DNA of 64,000 nucleotides from an uncultured Methanomassiliicoccales archaeon (GCA_963695345.1 OY968769.1:544001-608000), one strand, 5' to 3'. Positions 10,777-21,520 are shown, counted from the first letter of the stretch. Numbers and translations: made by a program. Notes: generated by a model not told the origin, from the sequence alone.

Positions 10777-12039
10777 ATGTTGGACGTATCGGTCATCAGG
10801 GAGAATCCCGATAAGATTAGGGAGATGCTGAAGAACAGGAACTACCCGGAAGAGCTGCTCGACAAGTTCCTGGAGATTGACAATGAATGGAGACGGCTGA
10901 TCGACGAGTCGAACCAGCTCAAGAGGAAGCGGAACGAGGCATCGCACCAGATCCCGAAGCTCAAGGGGGACGAGAAGTCGAAACTGGTCTCGGAGATGAA
11001 GGACGTGGCGACCGCGATCAATCGGATCGACGCCAAGGTCACCGAGCTGGAGAATGCCCGGAACGAAGTGGTGCTCCTCATACCCAACATCCCCGATGCC
11101 ACCGTCCCGATCGGGATCTGTTACGACAACAACCAGGCCATTAGAACGTATGGCAAGGAGCGCTCCTTCGACTTCACGCCCAAGGACCATATCCAGATAG
11201 GTGAGGATCTGGACATCATCGACTTCAACCGCGGCACCAAGATCGCCGGTAGCGGGTTCTATGTCCTGAAGGGGGACGGGGCCAGGCTCGAGAGGGCGCT
11301 CATCAACTACATGCTGGACCTGCATCACCAGCAGGGTTACAAGGAGATATTCCCGCCGGTGGTCGTCAACCGCAACGCCGTCATCGGCACCGGTCAGTAC
11401 CCGAAGATGGCGGAGGACATGTACTGGTGCGAGAGGGACGACCTGTGGCTCAATCCGACCGCGGAGGTCCCGGTCACCAACCTGCTGCAGGACGAGATCC
11501 TGGAGAAGGACCAATTGCCGATTTACTATACCGCTTACCTGCCGTCGTTCCGGCGCGAGGCCGGCCGCCACGCGGAGATGAAAGGCATCATCCGAGTCCA
11601 CGAGTTCAACAAGGTGGAACTGGTCAAGTTCGTGCATCCGGAGGGATCCTATGCCGAGCTGGAGACCCTATTGGCCGACGCGGAGGCCGTACTGGCCGGT
11701 CTGGAACTGCCATACCGCGTGCTGCTGCTTTGCACCGGGGATATGGGTTTCGCATCGGCGAAGACCTACGATATCGAGTCGCACGCTCCCGGGACGGGAA
11801 AGTGGCTGGAATGCTCTTCATGCAGCTGCTTCACCGATTTCCAGGCGCGCCGGGCCAGGATCAAGTTCCGCCCCGAACCGCACCTGAAGAGCGAGTTCGT
11901 CCATACCCTGAACGGCTCTGGCGTCGCTCTACCCCGTACCATGGTATCCGTCCTGGAGAACAACCAGCAGAAGGATGGGACGATCGTGATACCGCAAGTT
12001 CTGCGCAGATACATGCAAGGGCAGGAACTCATCGAGTAA
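10777..12039 (+). CDS. serS: Serine-tRNA ligase (canonical type)
   Basis: N-terminal coiled coil, PTAEVP, FRREAG, HTLNGSG. Confidence 0.97.
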   Translation: MLDVSVIRENPDKIREMLKNRNYPEELLDKFLEIDNEWRRLIDESNQLKRKRNEASHQIPKLKGDEKSKLVSEMKDVATAINRIDAKVTELENARNEVVLLIPNIPDATVPIGICYDNNQAIRTYGKERSFDFTPKDHIQIGEDLDIIDFNRGTKIAGSGFYVLKGDGARLERALINYMLDLHHQQGYKEIFPPVVVNRNAVIGTGQYPKMAEDMYWCERDDLWLNPTAEVPVTNLLQDEILEKDQLPIYYTAYLPSFRREAGRHAEMKGIIRVHEFNKVELVKFVHPEGSYAELETLLADAEAVLAGLELPYRVLLLCTGDMGFASAKTYDIESHAPGTGKWLECSSCSCFTDFQARRARIKFRPEPHLKSEFVHTLNGSGVALPRTMVSVLENNQQKDGTIVIPQVLRRYMQGQELIE

Positions 12040-12399
12040 GCCCAAAAACCCCTTTCCATCCTTTCTTCAAACTTACTAACGGCGTCACCTTGTTGAGGTA
12101 ACTCCCTCACGATCATGCTCCAGCGCACAGACCTGTGGCAGATTCGATCCTCGAAAACCATGTGATTTTCATCATCTGTAAAGGTCCACTTTTGGAACAA
12201 TTGCTACTCGCCGCCTTCGGTAAATTCATCCAGCCCATGATTATCCATGTGAACGATCTGTTCTGTGCCAGTTTTTTTCTGAAATTATCGGCGATCGGTC
12301 AGTCTAAGCAAATCAATGCTCCACCGATTCCCATTGTCAATTAATCAAATCTAATTTCAAAAGAAAGGAAAGAGGAATGAAAATGTTTGGGAAGAAGGA

Positions 12400-12750
12400 T
12401 TACTTCTTGCCCTTTGCCTTCTTTGCGGCTGGCTTCGGTGCCGGCTTGGCTGCTGGCTTCGCCGCGGGTTTCGCTGCCGGCTTGGCTGCCTTCTTCGGCT
12501 TCTCCTCGACCTCAACGGCCTCTTCGACCTCGCATCCGCATCCTTCGGCTTCGCCCTCATCGACGTATCCGAGGAAGTCGAACATGTCTTCCTCGAGTGC
12601 CTTCAGGACCTCCAGTGCGTCCTCGCCCTTTCCCTCTTCCAGCATGTCAATTGCCTGGGAGAGAACATCGAGCATGTCCTCCATCGAGCAGTCCAGAATA
12701 TCGAATATCTCAGGGAACGACAGTTCCATGTTCTCGTCTTCCTTTGCCAT
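12400..12750 (-). CDS. Acidic hypothetical protein with C-terminal KPAA repeat tail
   Basis: SD AGGTGA; ends KKAAKPAAKPAAKPAAKPAPKPAAKKAKGKK. Confidence 0.75.
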   Translation of the reverse strand: MAKEDENMELSFPEIFDILDCSMEDMLDVLSQAIDMLEEGKGEDALEVLKALEEDMFDFLGYVDEGEAEGCGCEVEEAVEVEEKPKKAAKPAAKPAAKPAAKPAPKPAAKKAKGKK

Positions 12751-12872
12751 ATGATTCACCTTGTTTGGAATAGTGACCCACTATAATTAATATCTCTCTT
12801 TGAGGAATCGGGGAACCTTGCCAGTCCGGTGGCGGAGGGACCCGACTGCCAAATTAATAAACCCATCAGCGG

Positions 12873-13442
12873 ATGTCATCATCAATGCCACATCAGTTCG
12901 ATGCCGGAAACAAAGGAATGCTCAAAGGCTTGCGTAGGCGAGAGGTCCAGCCAGCCGAAGAGATAGTAGAAAGGGCATCGCCTGACGCCGGAGATCTATG
13001 TGCGGACCTGGGCGCTGGAACGGGTTACATCACCATCCCCCTCTCAGCCACGGTGAGGGCAGTTGTCGCCCTTGACTCACAGCGGGAGATGCTCGACTCC
13101 CTTGAGGCAAGCCTCGAGGAGGGGCAGGGGAACAATATTTGGCCGGTGGTCGGTGAGCTTCCCGAGCTTCCGTTTGCGGACGCTTCCATGGACCGGATCT
13201 TTGTTATCAACGTCCTGCACGAATTCGAGGACCGGGACCGGCTGGTCGAGGAGATAAGAAGGGCCCTCAGGAAAGGAGGGCGGGTCTCATTGGTCGACTT
13301 CCAAAAAAGACCGACCAGCTTTGGCCCCCCGGTGGACGAGAGGATCGACATCGGCGATATCGAGGCGATATTCACCGGGTTCACGTCCTTGGAGAGCTGG
13401 AGCTTCGAGGAGTTCTACCAGTTCGAGCTCGCAAGGGACTGA
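12873..13442 (+). CDS. Class I SAM-dependent methyltransferase
   Basis: ADLGAGTG, LPFADASMDRIF, NVLHE. Confidence 0.88.
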   Translation: MSSSMPHQFDAGNKGMLKGLRRREVQPAEEIVERASPDAGDLCADLGAGTGYITIPLSATVRAVVALDSQREMLDSLEASLEEGQGNNIWPVVGELPELPFADASMDRIFVINVLHEFEDRDRLVEEIRRALRKGGRVSLVDFQKRPTSFGPPVDERIDIGDIEAIFTGFTSLESWSFEEFYQFELARD

Positions 13443-14768
13443 TCACTCAAACAGGGCTTCGTGTCCAGCGGCGTGGAATGCGTCCTGGATGCGGAATATC
13501 AGCTCGGACTTCAGCTGCCTTGCGTTAAGACTGTCGGTTACGTGGGCCCTGACCTCATACTGGATCGTACCTTTCTCGATCCCGGTGGCGATGACCTCCG
13601 CGACAGGTTCTTTCACTATACCAAGGACCTTACCGACCGCGTCACGGATCATCTTCTCGACCTCGCCATGCGAGATGGAGAAGTCCACCTCGAACCTGAC
13701 GGTTATGGCATGGGCCACCGACCTGGAGTAGTTGTAGATCTTGTCGTCTATGATCTTGATGTTGGGGAAGTCCACGAAATCGCCCTCCATGGTCTTCACC
13801 TCGGTGAACATGAGGTTCTTCTGGACCACGTCACACTCCAGGTCGCCGCCGATATTGATGCGGTCACCGACCTCGAACGGGCTGGAATCCATGATCGCCA
13901 ACCCGGCATAGATATTGCGTATCGTGGAATAGGAAAACGAGACACCTACCAGGATGACGGACGTGATGAGGATGACCAGGATCAGCCCGATCTCAGCCAG
14001 GTTGAACAGCGAGAATATCGAGAACACGATGGTGAGGAAGGCGATGGTCCATAGCGAATACCCAATGACCGTACGGAACAGGTCAATGACCTGGGGGTTG
14101 AACTTCTTGGTGCGGTACTTGAAATCCTCCAATACCTCTCCGATGAGGCGCATGACCAGGAAGATGGCGACGATGATGACGATGATGGTCCCGACCACCG
14201 TGCCGTTCTTGTTCAGGAAATCCGTGGTTGCCTGGAGAGGGTTGAGGGTAGGGATAAGGGCGATGATTATGATCAAAGTCAGGATGACGGCTATCAGGTA
14301 AACGACGTAGCTCATGATCAGGCTGGTCATCTCTTTGTTCGATCGGCTGAAGGCTGCGACCTCCCTCTTCGCCATCCGTTCCTGCTTCGCGATCCGTCTC
14401 AGGATGTGGACGATCAGCATCGCCACCAGGACGATCACCGCTATGATGATCACGTCGATGATAACGTTGAGGTACGGCGTCCACAGCCGGTCCTTGAAAT
14501 CCTGCCATACCAGGGATGCGACATACCCCGATAGGAACAGCAGAAAAATGATGATCACCGTCTTGACCATACGACCAAGGAAATAGACCACCTCGGAGTC
14601 CAGGTACTTGCCCTCCCTGGACGCCATCCTGTCGAAGGCCTTCGACACATAGGACCACACGTAGAGCGATACCACGAATATCGCCGTGACGAACAGCAGG
14701 GCCCACCCATACGTATCCATCCAAGCGTCGCCGGTGGCCAGTGGCACGTTCGACAATCCCATCAGCAT
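13443..14768 (-). CDS. mscS: MscS-family mechanosensitive channel with extra TM helices
   Basis: Multiple TM segments; PFEVGDRI..FPN..IYNYSR. Confidence 0.85.
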   Translation of the reverse strand: MLMGLSNVPLATGDAWMDTYGWALLFVTAIFVVSLYVWSYVSKAFDRMASREGKYLDSEVVYFLGRMVKTVIIIFLLFLSGYVASLVWQDFKDRLWTPYLNVIIDVIIIAVIVLVAMLIVHILRRIAKQERMAKREVAAFSRSNKEMTSLIMSYVVYLIAVILTLIIIIALIPTLNPLQATTDFLNKNGTVVGTIIVIIVAIFLVMRLIGEVLEDFKYRTKKFNPQVIDLFRTVIGYSLWTIAFLTIVFSIFSLFNLAEIGLILVILITSVILVGVSFSYSTIRNIYAGLAIMDSSPFEVGDRINIGGDLECDVVQKNLMFTEVKTMEGDFVDFPNIKIIDDKIYNYSRSVAHAITVRFEVDFSISHGEVEKMIRDAVGKVLGIVKEPVAEVIATGIEKGTIQYEVRAHVTDSLNARQLKSELIFRIQDAFHAAGHEALFE

Positions 14769-14830
14769 GTTCCTGAGTATCCTACACCGGTGATTTCTAG
14801 TTTGTTGTGGTAGTGGGAGGGAAAACAGTT

Positions 14831-17800
14831 CTATGCCGTGCTGGTCACCGACCCTTTCAGTAGCCACACGTCGACCATCGAGCCGATGCCTCGGAGCTTG
14901 ACATTCTGCAGCAGAGAGGCGGGAATGCCCGAAATCAGAACGCCGTACGTCGCCTGCGGTCTGCCCAGGTCTTTGCCCATGACCGCTCCCACGGATGCCA
15001 GGTTGACCTTGACCACCGCCGACATCTTCACCATCAACGGCGATTTGCCCAGGATGCCTGGAAGTCCGATCCTGCAGAAGGCGCTGAGACCGATCCAGGT
15101 GTTCTCGCATAGCCGTTCCACCGACAGGGACGAAAGCAGCGGGGCCATCGGGTTGAGCAGGTTCCTCATCACCTCCACGATGGCGCTCCCGAACCAGTGC
15201 AACGCCTCACGGACGAAACCGTTGGTCACGGAAAGGGACAGCCGGAAGCCTCCACCGGATGCTCCAGCCTGGTCGGTGATGCTCACCTCGACATAGACGG
15301 CGATCTCGATGATGGAGTCGATCACATAGTCAGCAAGGTTCTCCAGAAGGTTCTCGATGCTTGCCCTTATGGTGAGCGCTATGCCGTCCGCACTGGACCC
15401 TGCGGCCGTCATCAGGTCAAGGCTCTGCACCAACGCGTCGGTGATCATCTCGACGAAGGACTGGGAGGTGCTCGGGTCATACCGCCAGTGGGCATTGGCC
15501 GAGTTCTTGGTGGCGGTGCGGAACTCCCAACGGTCGGAGCCATCGAACGAACGCTGCCATGATCTCGCATCATCTTTGGTGTCCACGGTCCAGGGGGTGG
15601 AATCGATCCGTCCGCCGGAGCTGTCGCGGAGCACCACCGATTCCATGATAGGGAACTTCCCCTCGCCCTGATTGTCCAAGGCCTGTCCGGTGAATGTGTA
15701 CACCAGACGGGCGTGAGGCATGAGCAGGACATCCCCCAGGTCGTCACAGCGCTGCACCCCGTGCATGGTCTCGATTGTCCAGCCGGACAGACTCACCGCA
15801 TCGGCGGTCGGATTGAATATCTCCACCCATTCGTGTCCGGAATCGGTTCCACGAGGGTTCTGCTCATACTCGTTGATCATGACGTGGTCCATGCTGGGCT
15901 CAGCGTACTTGAAGACGAAACCGGCATCGATCGCACCCTTCAGCCCAGGGATCGGCAGGATTATGTTGGAAAGGACCTGCCCGAATCCAGGCAGGTCCGA
16001 GAGGGCCAACGAAACCTGGTCATATCGGACGATCTCGGGCATGACCACCTCGACCACGCAGTCAGCCATGATCCCTTTGATCTCGATCATGTGCTCGAAG
16101 ACGTCCATGAACGGGTCCAGCACCAGGGTCATCGTCCAGTCCTCAGATCTCAGAGTGGCGTTCGAGAGCAGCGTGAACTGGCCGTCAGGAAGCAGGCACA
16201 TCCGCGTGGTAACGGATATGGAGCTGCCCAGTAGCCCTGTCCACATGGTCATCTTCAGCAGGCTCTTGGCGGAACCCAGGGCCAGGTCGGCAACGTTGGT
16301 CTCGAGGCGGAACTTCAGGCCGAATATGTCCATGTCGCGCGAGACCGTGCCGATCTGTTCTGCAATCGCTCCGGAGATCCACTGGAATGGACCTATCAAC
16401 GCGATCCTGACGAAATCCTGAACCGAGGAGATCAACGCCTGCATCACGGAGGAGAGGGCTTTGACCACCTCGGAGCAGAAGGAGATCAGCTTTTCGATCA
16501 GACCCTGCATTGAGTCGAAGAGCCTGGAGACGCCGTCACATATCACCTTGACACCATCAACTATCCACTGCCATACCGACCGAAGCAGGTCCCCTATGTC
16601 GCCCCATAGAGTGGCGGTGGGGAGGTACTCGATCCCGGCAAGCGCCCAGCCGCTCTGCAGGGAGATCGTGAACTGGGATTCGAAAGAGATCTTATCCTTC
16701 GTGCTCGAACCGTTGAGAAGCTCGATCAGCGGATCCGAGATGGCGGACGTCAAGGCCAATGATATCGAACCCTTCAGCGATATGCCCCACTGGCTGGTGA
16801 ACGGGGTCCAGGAGCAGTTGCCGATATCCACCGAATGCTGGTTCGGATAGAGGGATGAGGAATGGTCATACTGGTAGGGCTGAACGATATCCACCGCCAG
16901 GTCGGATATCCCGTTCCGGTCGATGTTCGTGGCTATGGCCAGGCACTCTCTAATTTCCCTCCCTCCCTCTGACTGGATGGTGAAACCGGCTTCGACAGGG
17001 ATGGCGATGGTGACCCGCTCGGACCGGGCGATCTCCGAGTCGGACAGGTCCTTGAGCAGTACCAACGTGAAACGGTCCAGCATGGCCTCCAGTCCGGGTA
17101 TGACCATGAACAGCCCTTGGGAAAGCATTCGGACGTTCTCGATCAACCTGGAGTGCTCGGGGCTGGGTTCACTGAAGGTCAGGTTGAAGATCCCTCTTAC
17201 CTTCGATATCTCCAGGTCGAATCCCGAGCACAGGCGACCGTTGATCCATGAAGTGTCCTGCCGGATGATCGCGGCGGTGCTCCTGATGTTCTCTTCGTAA
17301 TAAAGGCCGTTCATATCGGGGGTGCGCGAGCTGGCATCATCGACCATTTTCCCGGCGATGACCATCACCGAGCCGTTCAGGCTGTCCGAACGGTGGAACA
17401 TCGCTTCCCAGTTGTCATCCAGATAGTTTAGGAGCGCCTCTGACATTCCATCGACGATACCGTCCAGGGTGGAGCGGTTGAAGGCACTGGCGAACCATGA
17501 TCCCTGGCCCGATATTACCCCGTTCAATGCGGAAGAGAACTGGTCAAGGTAGTTCTGCGAATCCCTTGGGTCCAGCGACATGCGCGATACCGGCAGGTCC
17601 GAGGCACTGGAGATGCCCAGGGCCACGCTCTTGACGAAGTACTGGAGCTGGGCGGCCAACTGGTGGGTCCCCTGCGAATACTGGACGTAGAACTGCTTCC
17701 ATTCCTCGAAGGTAAAGATATCCTCGACGGGAAAGTCAACGTTCACGCTTCCCGATACCCGGACCTGGACGGATTGTCCGGTATCGTTGATGAGGGTGAG

Positions 17801-19072
17801 CGAACGGGCCGGTATCACCAAACCCAGGTCAATGGCCGATTTGTGGACGAACCGGTAGCTGTCCTCGCCGTAGCCTGCCTCGGCCATCCTCCGGCCTAGC
17901 CAGGAAATGACCTTCTCCTGAACCAGGTCCTTGCCCAGGCACTTGTCGACGAGATCTGCCAGAAGCATGCTGCCTTTCTCGACCAGCTCCTCGACCCCGT
18001 TGACGATATCGATTATGCCCAGATAGTCCAACCATCGCAGGACGATCACATCCGAAGCGGCATACAGGCTTTGTGCCAGTACCGACCTTAGGTCGTAGCC
18101 GCCGGCGCCGTAGAGGCTGAGGAACAGGTCGGCCGGGTCGAGATCGCCCCCCTCGGCCAGGTCACCGATGAAGGACCTCGCCCCGGGCTGGTCACCGGTC
18201 AGGTTCAGGAGCGCCAACATGGATGGGTCGACGGTGCGGAGGTACTTCCTTTCCAGTAAAAGGGTGGCAACGTTGACGGCGTTTTCCACATCGGTCTCCG
18301 TGACGATGGAGGATGTGCCTTTCAGACCATCTCTGCTCCCCATCCCGTAGCCGTTGATGACCCTGAGCTGTGCCAGGGCGGTCAGTTCATAACGGACGAT
18401 CTTCTCGAACTCGGTGAGGCCCGATCCAAAGGCGGAGGAGAGGGCCTCGGCGCGGTTCAGCAGGAACGGGAGCGGGACCAGAATGCTGCGGCCCACTTCC
18501 ACCACCTTGGCCAGGACGTCGGAGCCGACCGAGACGTTTACGGTCATGTTCCCCGCCAGGGCGAAATAGACGGGAACGGATGAACCGGCCAGGTCGAGAA
18601 CGGTATCTGCTAGGGCGGCCGGATAGAGGTCCTGGGCCGGAAGGCGCAGGAACATCAGGGTCAGATGGCTGGTGTTGACATGGACCAGATAGGGCCCGGA
18701 TACCGAGGGATACCGGGACCCGCTGTCCTTCCGCTCGGCGCTCAGAAAGCGCTCCATCAGCTCGGTCTCGTTCCGCACCCCGGCCTTCACCTGGTCAAGG
18801 GCGATAGCGTATGCGATGTTCTCCGCCTCATCGGCCGCTTTGGCGGAAGCCAGTTCCAACCGTTTGAGGACATCCTGTGACATCGAGGCCCGGCGATCCC
18901 GCTCCCCCATCTGGGAATAGACCGCGACAGAGGCACCGGAAATGACGAGCACCAGGACCGCGGCGATCGCGAATGACATCTGACCCATCCGCGATTCGCT
19001 CAATGAACGACGACCGATCCCACGGGGCCTTCGGTGAAGAATGGTGACCTTGGCTTTCATCGCCATAGCCAC
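14831..19072 (-). CDS. Large (~1400 aa) membrane-anchored protein with lamin-tail domain
   Basis: N-terminal hydrophobic helix; VMINEYEQNP.G.DSGHEWVEIFNP...LSGW lamin-tail signature. Confidence 0.8.
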   Translation of the reverse strand: MAMAMKAKVTILHRRPRGIGRRSLSESRMGQMSFAIAAVLVLVISGASVAVYSQMGERDRRASMSQDVLKRLELASAKAADEAENIAYAIALDQVKAGVRNETELMERFLSAERKDSGSRYPSVSGPYLVHVNTSHLTLMFLRLPAQDLYPAALADTVLDLAGSSVPVYFALAGNMTVNVSVGSDVLAKVVEVGRSILVPLPFLLNRAEALSSAFGSGLTEFEKIVRYELTALAQLRVINGYGMGSRDGLKGTSSIVTETDVENAVNVATLLLERKYLRTVDPSMLALLNLTGDQPGARSFIGDLAEGGDLDPADLFLSLYGAGGYDLRSVLAQSLYAASDVIVLRWLDYLGIIDIVNGVEELVEKGSMLLADLVDKCLGKDLVQEKVISWLGRRMAEAGYGEDSYRFVHKSAIDLGLVIPARSLTLINDTGQSVQVRVSGSVNVDFPVEDIFTFEEWKQFYVQYSQGTHQLAAQLQYFVKSVALGISSASDLPVSRMSLDPRDSQNYLDQFSSALNGVISGQGSWFASAFNRSTLDGIVDGMSEALLNYLDDNWEAMFHRSDSLNGSVMVIAGKMVDDASSRTPDMNGLYYEENIRSTAAIIRQDTSWINGRLCSGFDLEISKVRGIFNLTFSEPSPEHSRLIENVRMLSQGLFMVIPGLEAMLDRFTLVLLKDLSDSEIARSERVTIAIPVEAGFTIQSEGGREIRECLAIATNIDRNGISDLAVDIVQPYQYDHSSSLYPNQHSVDIGNCSWTPFTSQWGISLKGSISLALTSAISDPLIELLNGSSTKDKISFESQFTISLQSGWALAGIEYLPTATLWGDIGDLLRSVWQWIVDGVKVICDGVSRLFDSMQGLIEKLISFCSEVVKALSSVMQALISSVQDFVRIALIGPFQWISGAIAEQIGTVSRDMDIFGLKFRLETNVADLALGSAKSLLKMTMWTGLLGSSISVTTRMCLLPDGQFTLLSNATLRSEDWTMTLVLDPFMDVFEHMIEIKGIMADCVVEVVMPEIVRYDQVSLALSDLPGFGQVLSNIILPIPGLKGAIDAGFVFKYAEPSMDHVMINEYEQNPRGTDSGHEWVEIFNPTADAVSLSGWTIETMHGVQRCDDLGDVLLMPHARLVYTFTGQALDNQGEGKFPIMESVVLRDSSGGRIDSTPWTVDTKDDARSWQRSFDGSDRWEFRTATKNSANAHWRYDPSTSQSFVEMITDALVQSLDLMTAAGSSADGIALTIRASIENLLENLADYVIDSIIEIAVYVEVSITDQAGASGGGFRLSLSVTNGFVREALHWFGSAIVEVMRNLLNPMAPLLSSLSVERLCENTWIGLSAFCRIGLPGILGKSPLMVKMSAVVKVNLASVGAVMGKDLGRPQATYGVLISGIPASLLQNVKLRGIGSMVDVWLLKGSVTSTA

Positions 19073-19110
19073 CGTGGGATTTCGCTTTAAGGGCTAAAGC
19101 TACATGCAGA

Positions 19111-19866
19111 TTACATATCCCGCCGGTTCGCTCCGTCCTTCTCGATCGCCATGCGCATGAACCGCTCCAAATGCTCGGCGATGAACGGGTTGTCCGAGAA
19201 CCCGCACAGCTCCAGATCGGGCGAGGCTATCATGGCCATTTCCCCGTCGGTAATTATATCAGTGGCCAGCAGGTCGGCCTTTCGATGAACCTCCGACGAT
19301 TCGGGGACCTTGGCCCCGGGCAAGGTGATTACCACTATCTTCACCCCCCGGTTCATCGCATCCTTGAACAGCTGACCGTGCACGCCACGTATCTCCGCGA
19401 TCACCGGAGAGGATATCATTATGGTCCGTTTGGCGGACTCGATCATGTCCCCGATCTTGGCCATGACCCTCTTCTTGTCGATTATGGTGAAGACCAGCTG
19501 AGGGGTCCCCTTCTCGCTCAGCATGCCCTTGATCGAGGCGAGCTTGTCGAACATCTCATTGAGTTCCTTGAGCGTGCGTGCCCGGACCTCCTCGACCGGG
19601 ACCGGATGATACGTGGTCGGCCGGCCGACGGTGGCGGTCACGTAATTCTTCTCTTCCAGCGAACGCAACGCCTTATACACCGAGGTTCGGGGCAGCATCG
19701 ATACGTCGGAGAGCTCATCGGCGGTGGCATGATTCTTGACCACTAGGGCTACGTAGGACCGGGCTTCATAGTCGGAGAGACCTAATTTCTCCAGAACCGA
19801 TGCGAGTTTCCTGTATTCTGTTTCAAGTTCTCGAAGGTCCAGTCGTAGAATGTCCATCAGATTCAT
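19111..19866 (-). CDS. TrmB-family transcriptional regulator
   Basis: LGLSDYEARSY..L..ATADEL..LPRTSVY..L.SL..K wHTH plus effector domain. Confidence 0.9.
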   Translation of the reverse strand: MNLMDILRLDLRELETEYRKLASVLEKLGLSDYEARSYVALVVKNHATADELSDVSMLPRTSVYKALRSLEEKNYVTATVGRPTTYHPVPVEEVRARTLKELNEMFDKLASIKGMLSEKGTPQLVFTIIDKKRVMAKIGDMIESAKRTIMISSPVIAEIRGVHGQLFKDAMNRGVKIVVITLPGAKVPESSEVHRKADLLATDIITDGEMAMIASPDLELCGFSDNPFIAEHLERFMRMAIEKDGANRRDM

Positions 19867-19875
19867 AGCATCATT

Positions 19876-19894
19876 TGTAGCTAATCAAGCTACA
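19876..19894. promoter_or_regulatory. Palindromic operator TGTAGCT-N5-AGCTACA
   Basis: Perfect 7-bp inverted repeat in the 79-bp trmB/tes divergent intergenic region. Confidence 0.65.
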
Positions 19895-19945
19895 TAAGTA
19901 TTAAATCCTTTTTCACGGTACGCTGACTATAAATCGGGGACCTTC

Positions 19946-21493
19946 ATGATAGCTAAAGAAAGTTCACTGCAAAAGGGATTGCCTAAGAAGACCGATTCCC
20001 TGTGCCCGGAGTGCAAGAAGATCATTCCGGCCACTCTGTTCGAGTCGGACGGGAAGGTTTTGATGGAAAAGACCTGCCCCGAGCACGGAAAGGTCACTGA
20101 TGTGTATTGGTCCGATGCCGAGATGTACCTCAAGGCCGAGAAGTTCGCCTATGACGGTACCGGAGTGGACAACCCGGCCATCCCGAACGCCAAGGTATGT
20201 CCGTTCGAATGCGGATTGTGTCAGCTGCACACCAGCCATACGGCGCTGGCGATCGTCGACCTCACCAACCGGTGCAATCTGAAATGCCCCATATGCTTCG
20301 CCAACGCCAACCAGGCGGGCTATGTCGTGGAACCCAGTTTTGACGTGATCGTTAAGATGATGGAGAACCTCAGGGCTCAGCGTCCGGTCAAGACCCCGGC
20401 CATCCAGTTCTCCGGCGGGGAGCCCACCATCTACCCCAAGTTCCTGGAGGTGCTGGCGAAGGCGAAGGAGCTCGGTTTCGCGCAGATCCAGGCGGCATCC
20501 AACGGCATCAAGTTCGCCGAGGACCCAGAGTTCTTTAGGAAGGCGGCAGCGGCCGGCCTGAACACCATCTACCTGCAGTTCGACGGCCTGAGGGATGATA
20601 TCTACATCGCTGCCCGGGGCCGGAAGCTGCTGGACATCAAGCTCAAGGTCATAGAGAACTGCCGCAAGCTGGAACACCCGCCGTCGATCGTCCTGGTGCC
20701 GACCATCGTGAAAGGCATCAACGACGACCAGGTGGGTGAGATATTCAAGTTCGCCCTGAAGAACTCGGACGTCATCCGGGGAGTGAACTTCCAGCCGGTG
20801 GCGTTCACCGGACGCATCAGCAAGGAAGAGCGGGAGAAGGGCCGGTATACCCTGCCCGACCTGGTCAAGGACCTGGAGAAGCAGACCGGGATGATATCCC
20901 AGAACGACTGGTACCCGGTACCCTCGGTCGTGCCGATCTCCACCCTGGCGTCGGCATTCCTGGGGGAGGAGAAGGTCACCTTCACCACCCACCCGCACTG
21001 CGGTCTGGCCACGTACCTGTTCGTCAGGGACGGCAAGGTGGTTCCGCTGACCAGGTTCGTGGACGTCGAAGGCCTGTTCAAGGAGCTGTATGAAATCTCC
21101 ATCAAGGCGGAGAAGGCCAAGATCAAGTTCCCGCTCAAGATCAAGACGCTCAACGTGCTGAAACGCCACATGGACGAGAGCAAGATGCCGGAAGGACTGA
21201 CCACCACGAGCTTCCTGAAGCTCCTGCAATCGGTGTTGGGGGACGAGTCGAAGGAGTCCCTGGCCAAGTTCTCATGGGGCATGATGTACGTGGGCGGCAT
21301 GCACTTCCAGGACGGCTACAACTATGATATCGAGAGGGTCAAGCGCTGCTCCATCCATTACGCGACCCCGGACAACCGCATCATACCGTTCTGCGCCTAC
21401 AATGGCGGACCTCTCTACCGCGACGAGGTGGAAAAGAAGTTCGCCGTCCCGATCGAGGAATGGAAGAAGACCAAGGGAAACGAATACGTGTGA
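19946..21493 (+). CDS. tes: Tetraether lipid (GDGT) synthase, radical SAM, MJ0619 family
   Basis: SLCPEC..KTCPEHG N-domain, CPFECGLC..H, TNRCNLKCPICFAN, HPHCG, RIIPFCAYN. Confidence 0.88.
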   Translation: MIAKESSLQKGLPKKTDSLCPECKKIIPATLFESDGKVLMEKTCPEHGKVTDVYWSDAEMYLKAEKFAYDGTGVDNPAIPNAKVCPFECGLCQLHTSHTALAIVDLTNRCNLKCPICFANANQAGYVVEPSFDVIVKMMENLRAQRPVKTPAIQFSGGEPTIYPKFLEVLAKAKELGFAQIQAASNGIKFAEDPEFFRKAAAAGLNTIYLQFDGLRDDIYIAARGRKLLDIKLKVIENCRKLEHPPSIVLVPTIVKGINDDQVGEIFKFALKNSDVIRGVNFQPVAFTGRISKEEREKGRYTLPDLVKDLEKQTGMISQNDWYPVPSVVPISTLASAFLGEEKVTFTTHPHCGLATYLFVRDGKVVPLTRFVDVEGLFKELYEISIKAEKAKIKFPLKIKTLNVLKRHMDESKMPEGLTTTSFLKLLQSVLGDESKESLAKFSWGMMYVGGMHFQDGYNYDIERVKRCSIHYATPDNRIIPFCAYNGGPLYRDEVEKKFAVPIEEWKKTKGNEYV

Positions 21494-21520
21494 ACGTCAG
21501 GAAGACGGAGATCTGATAAT

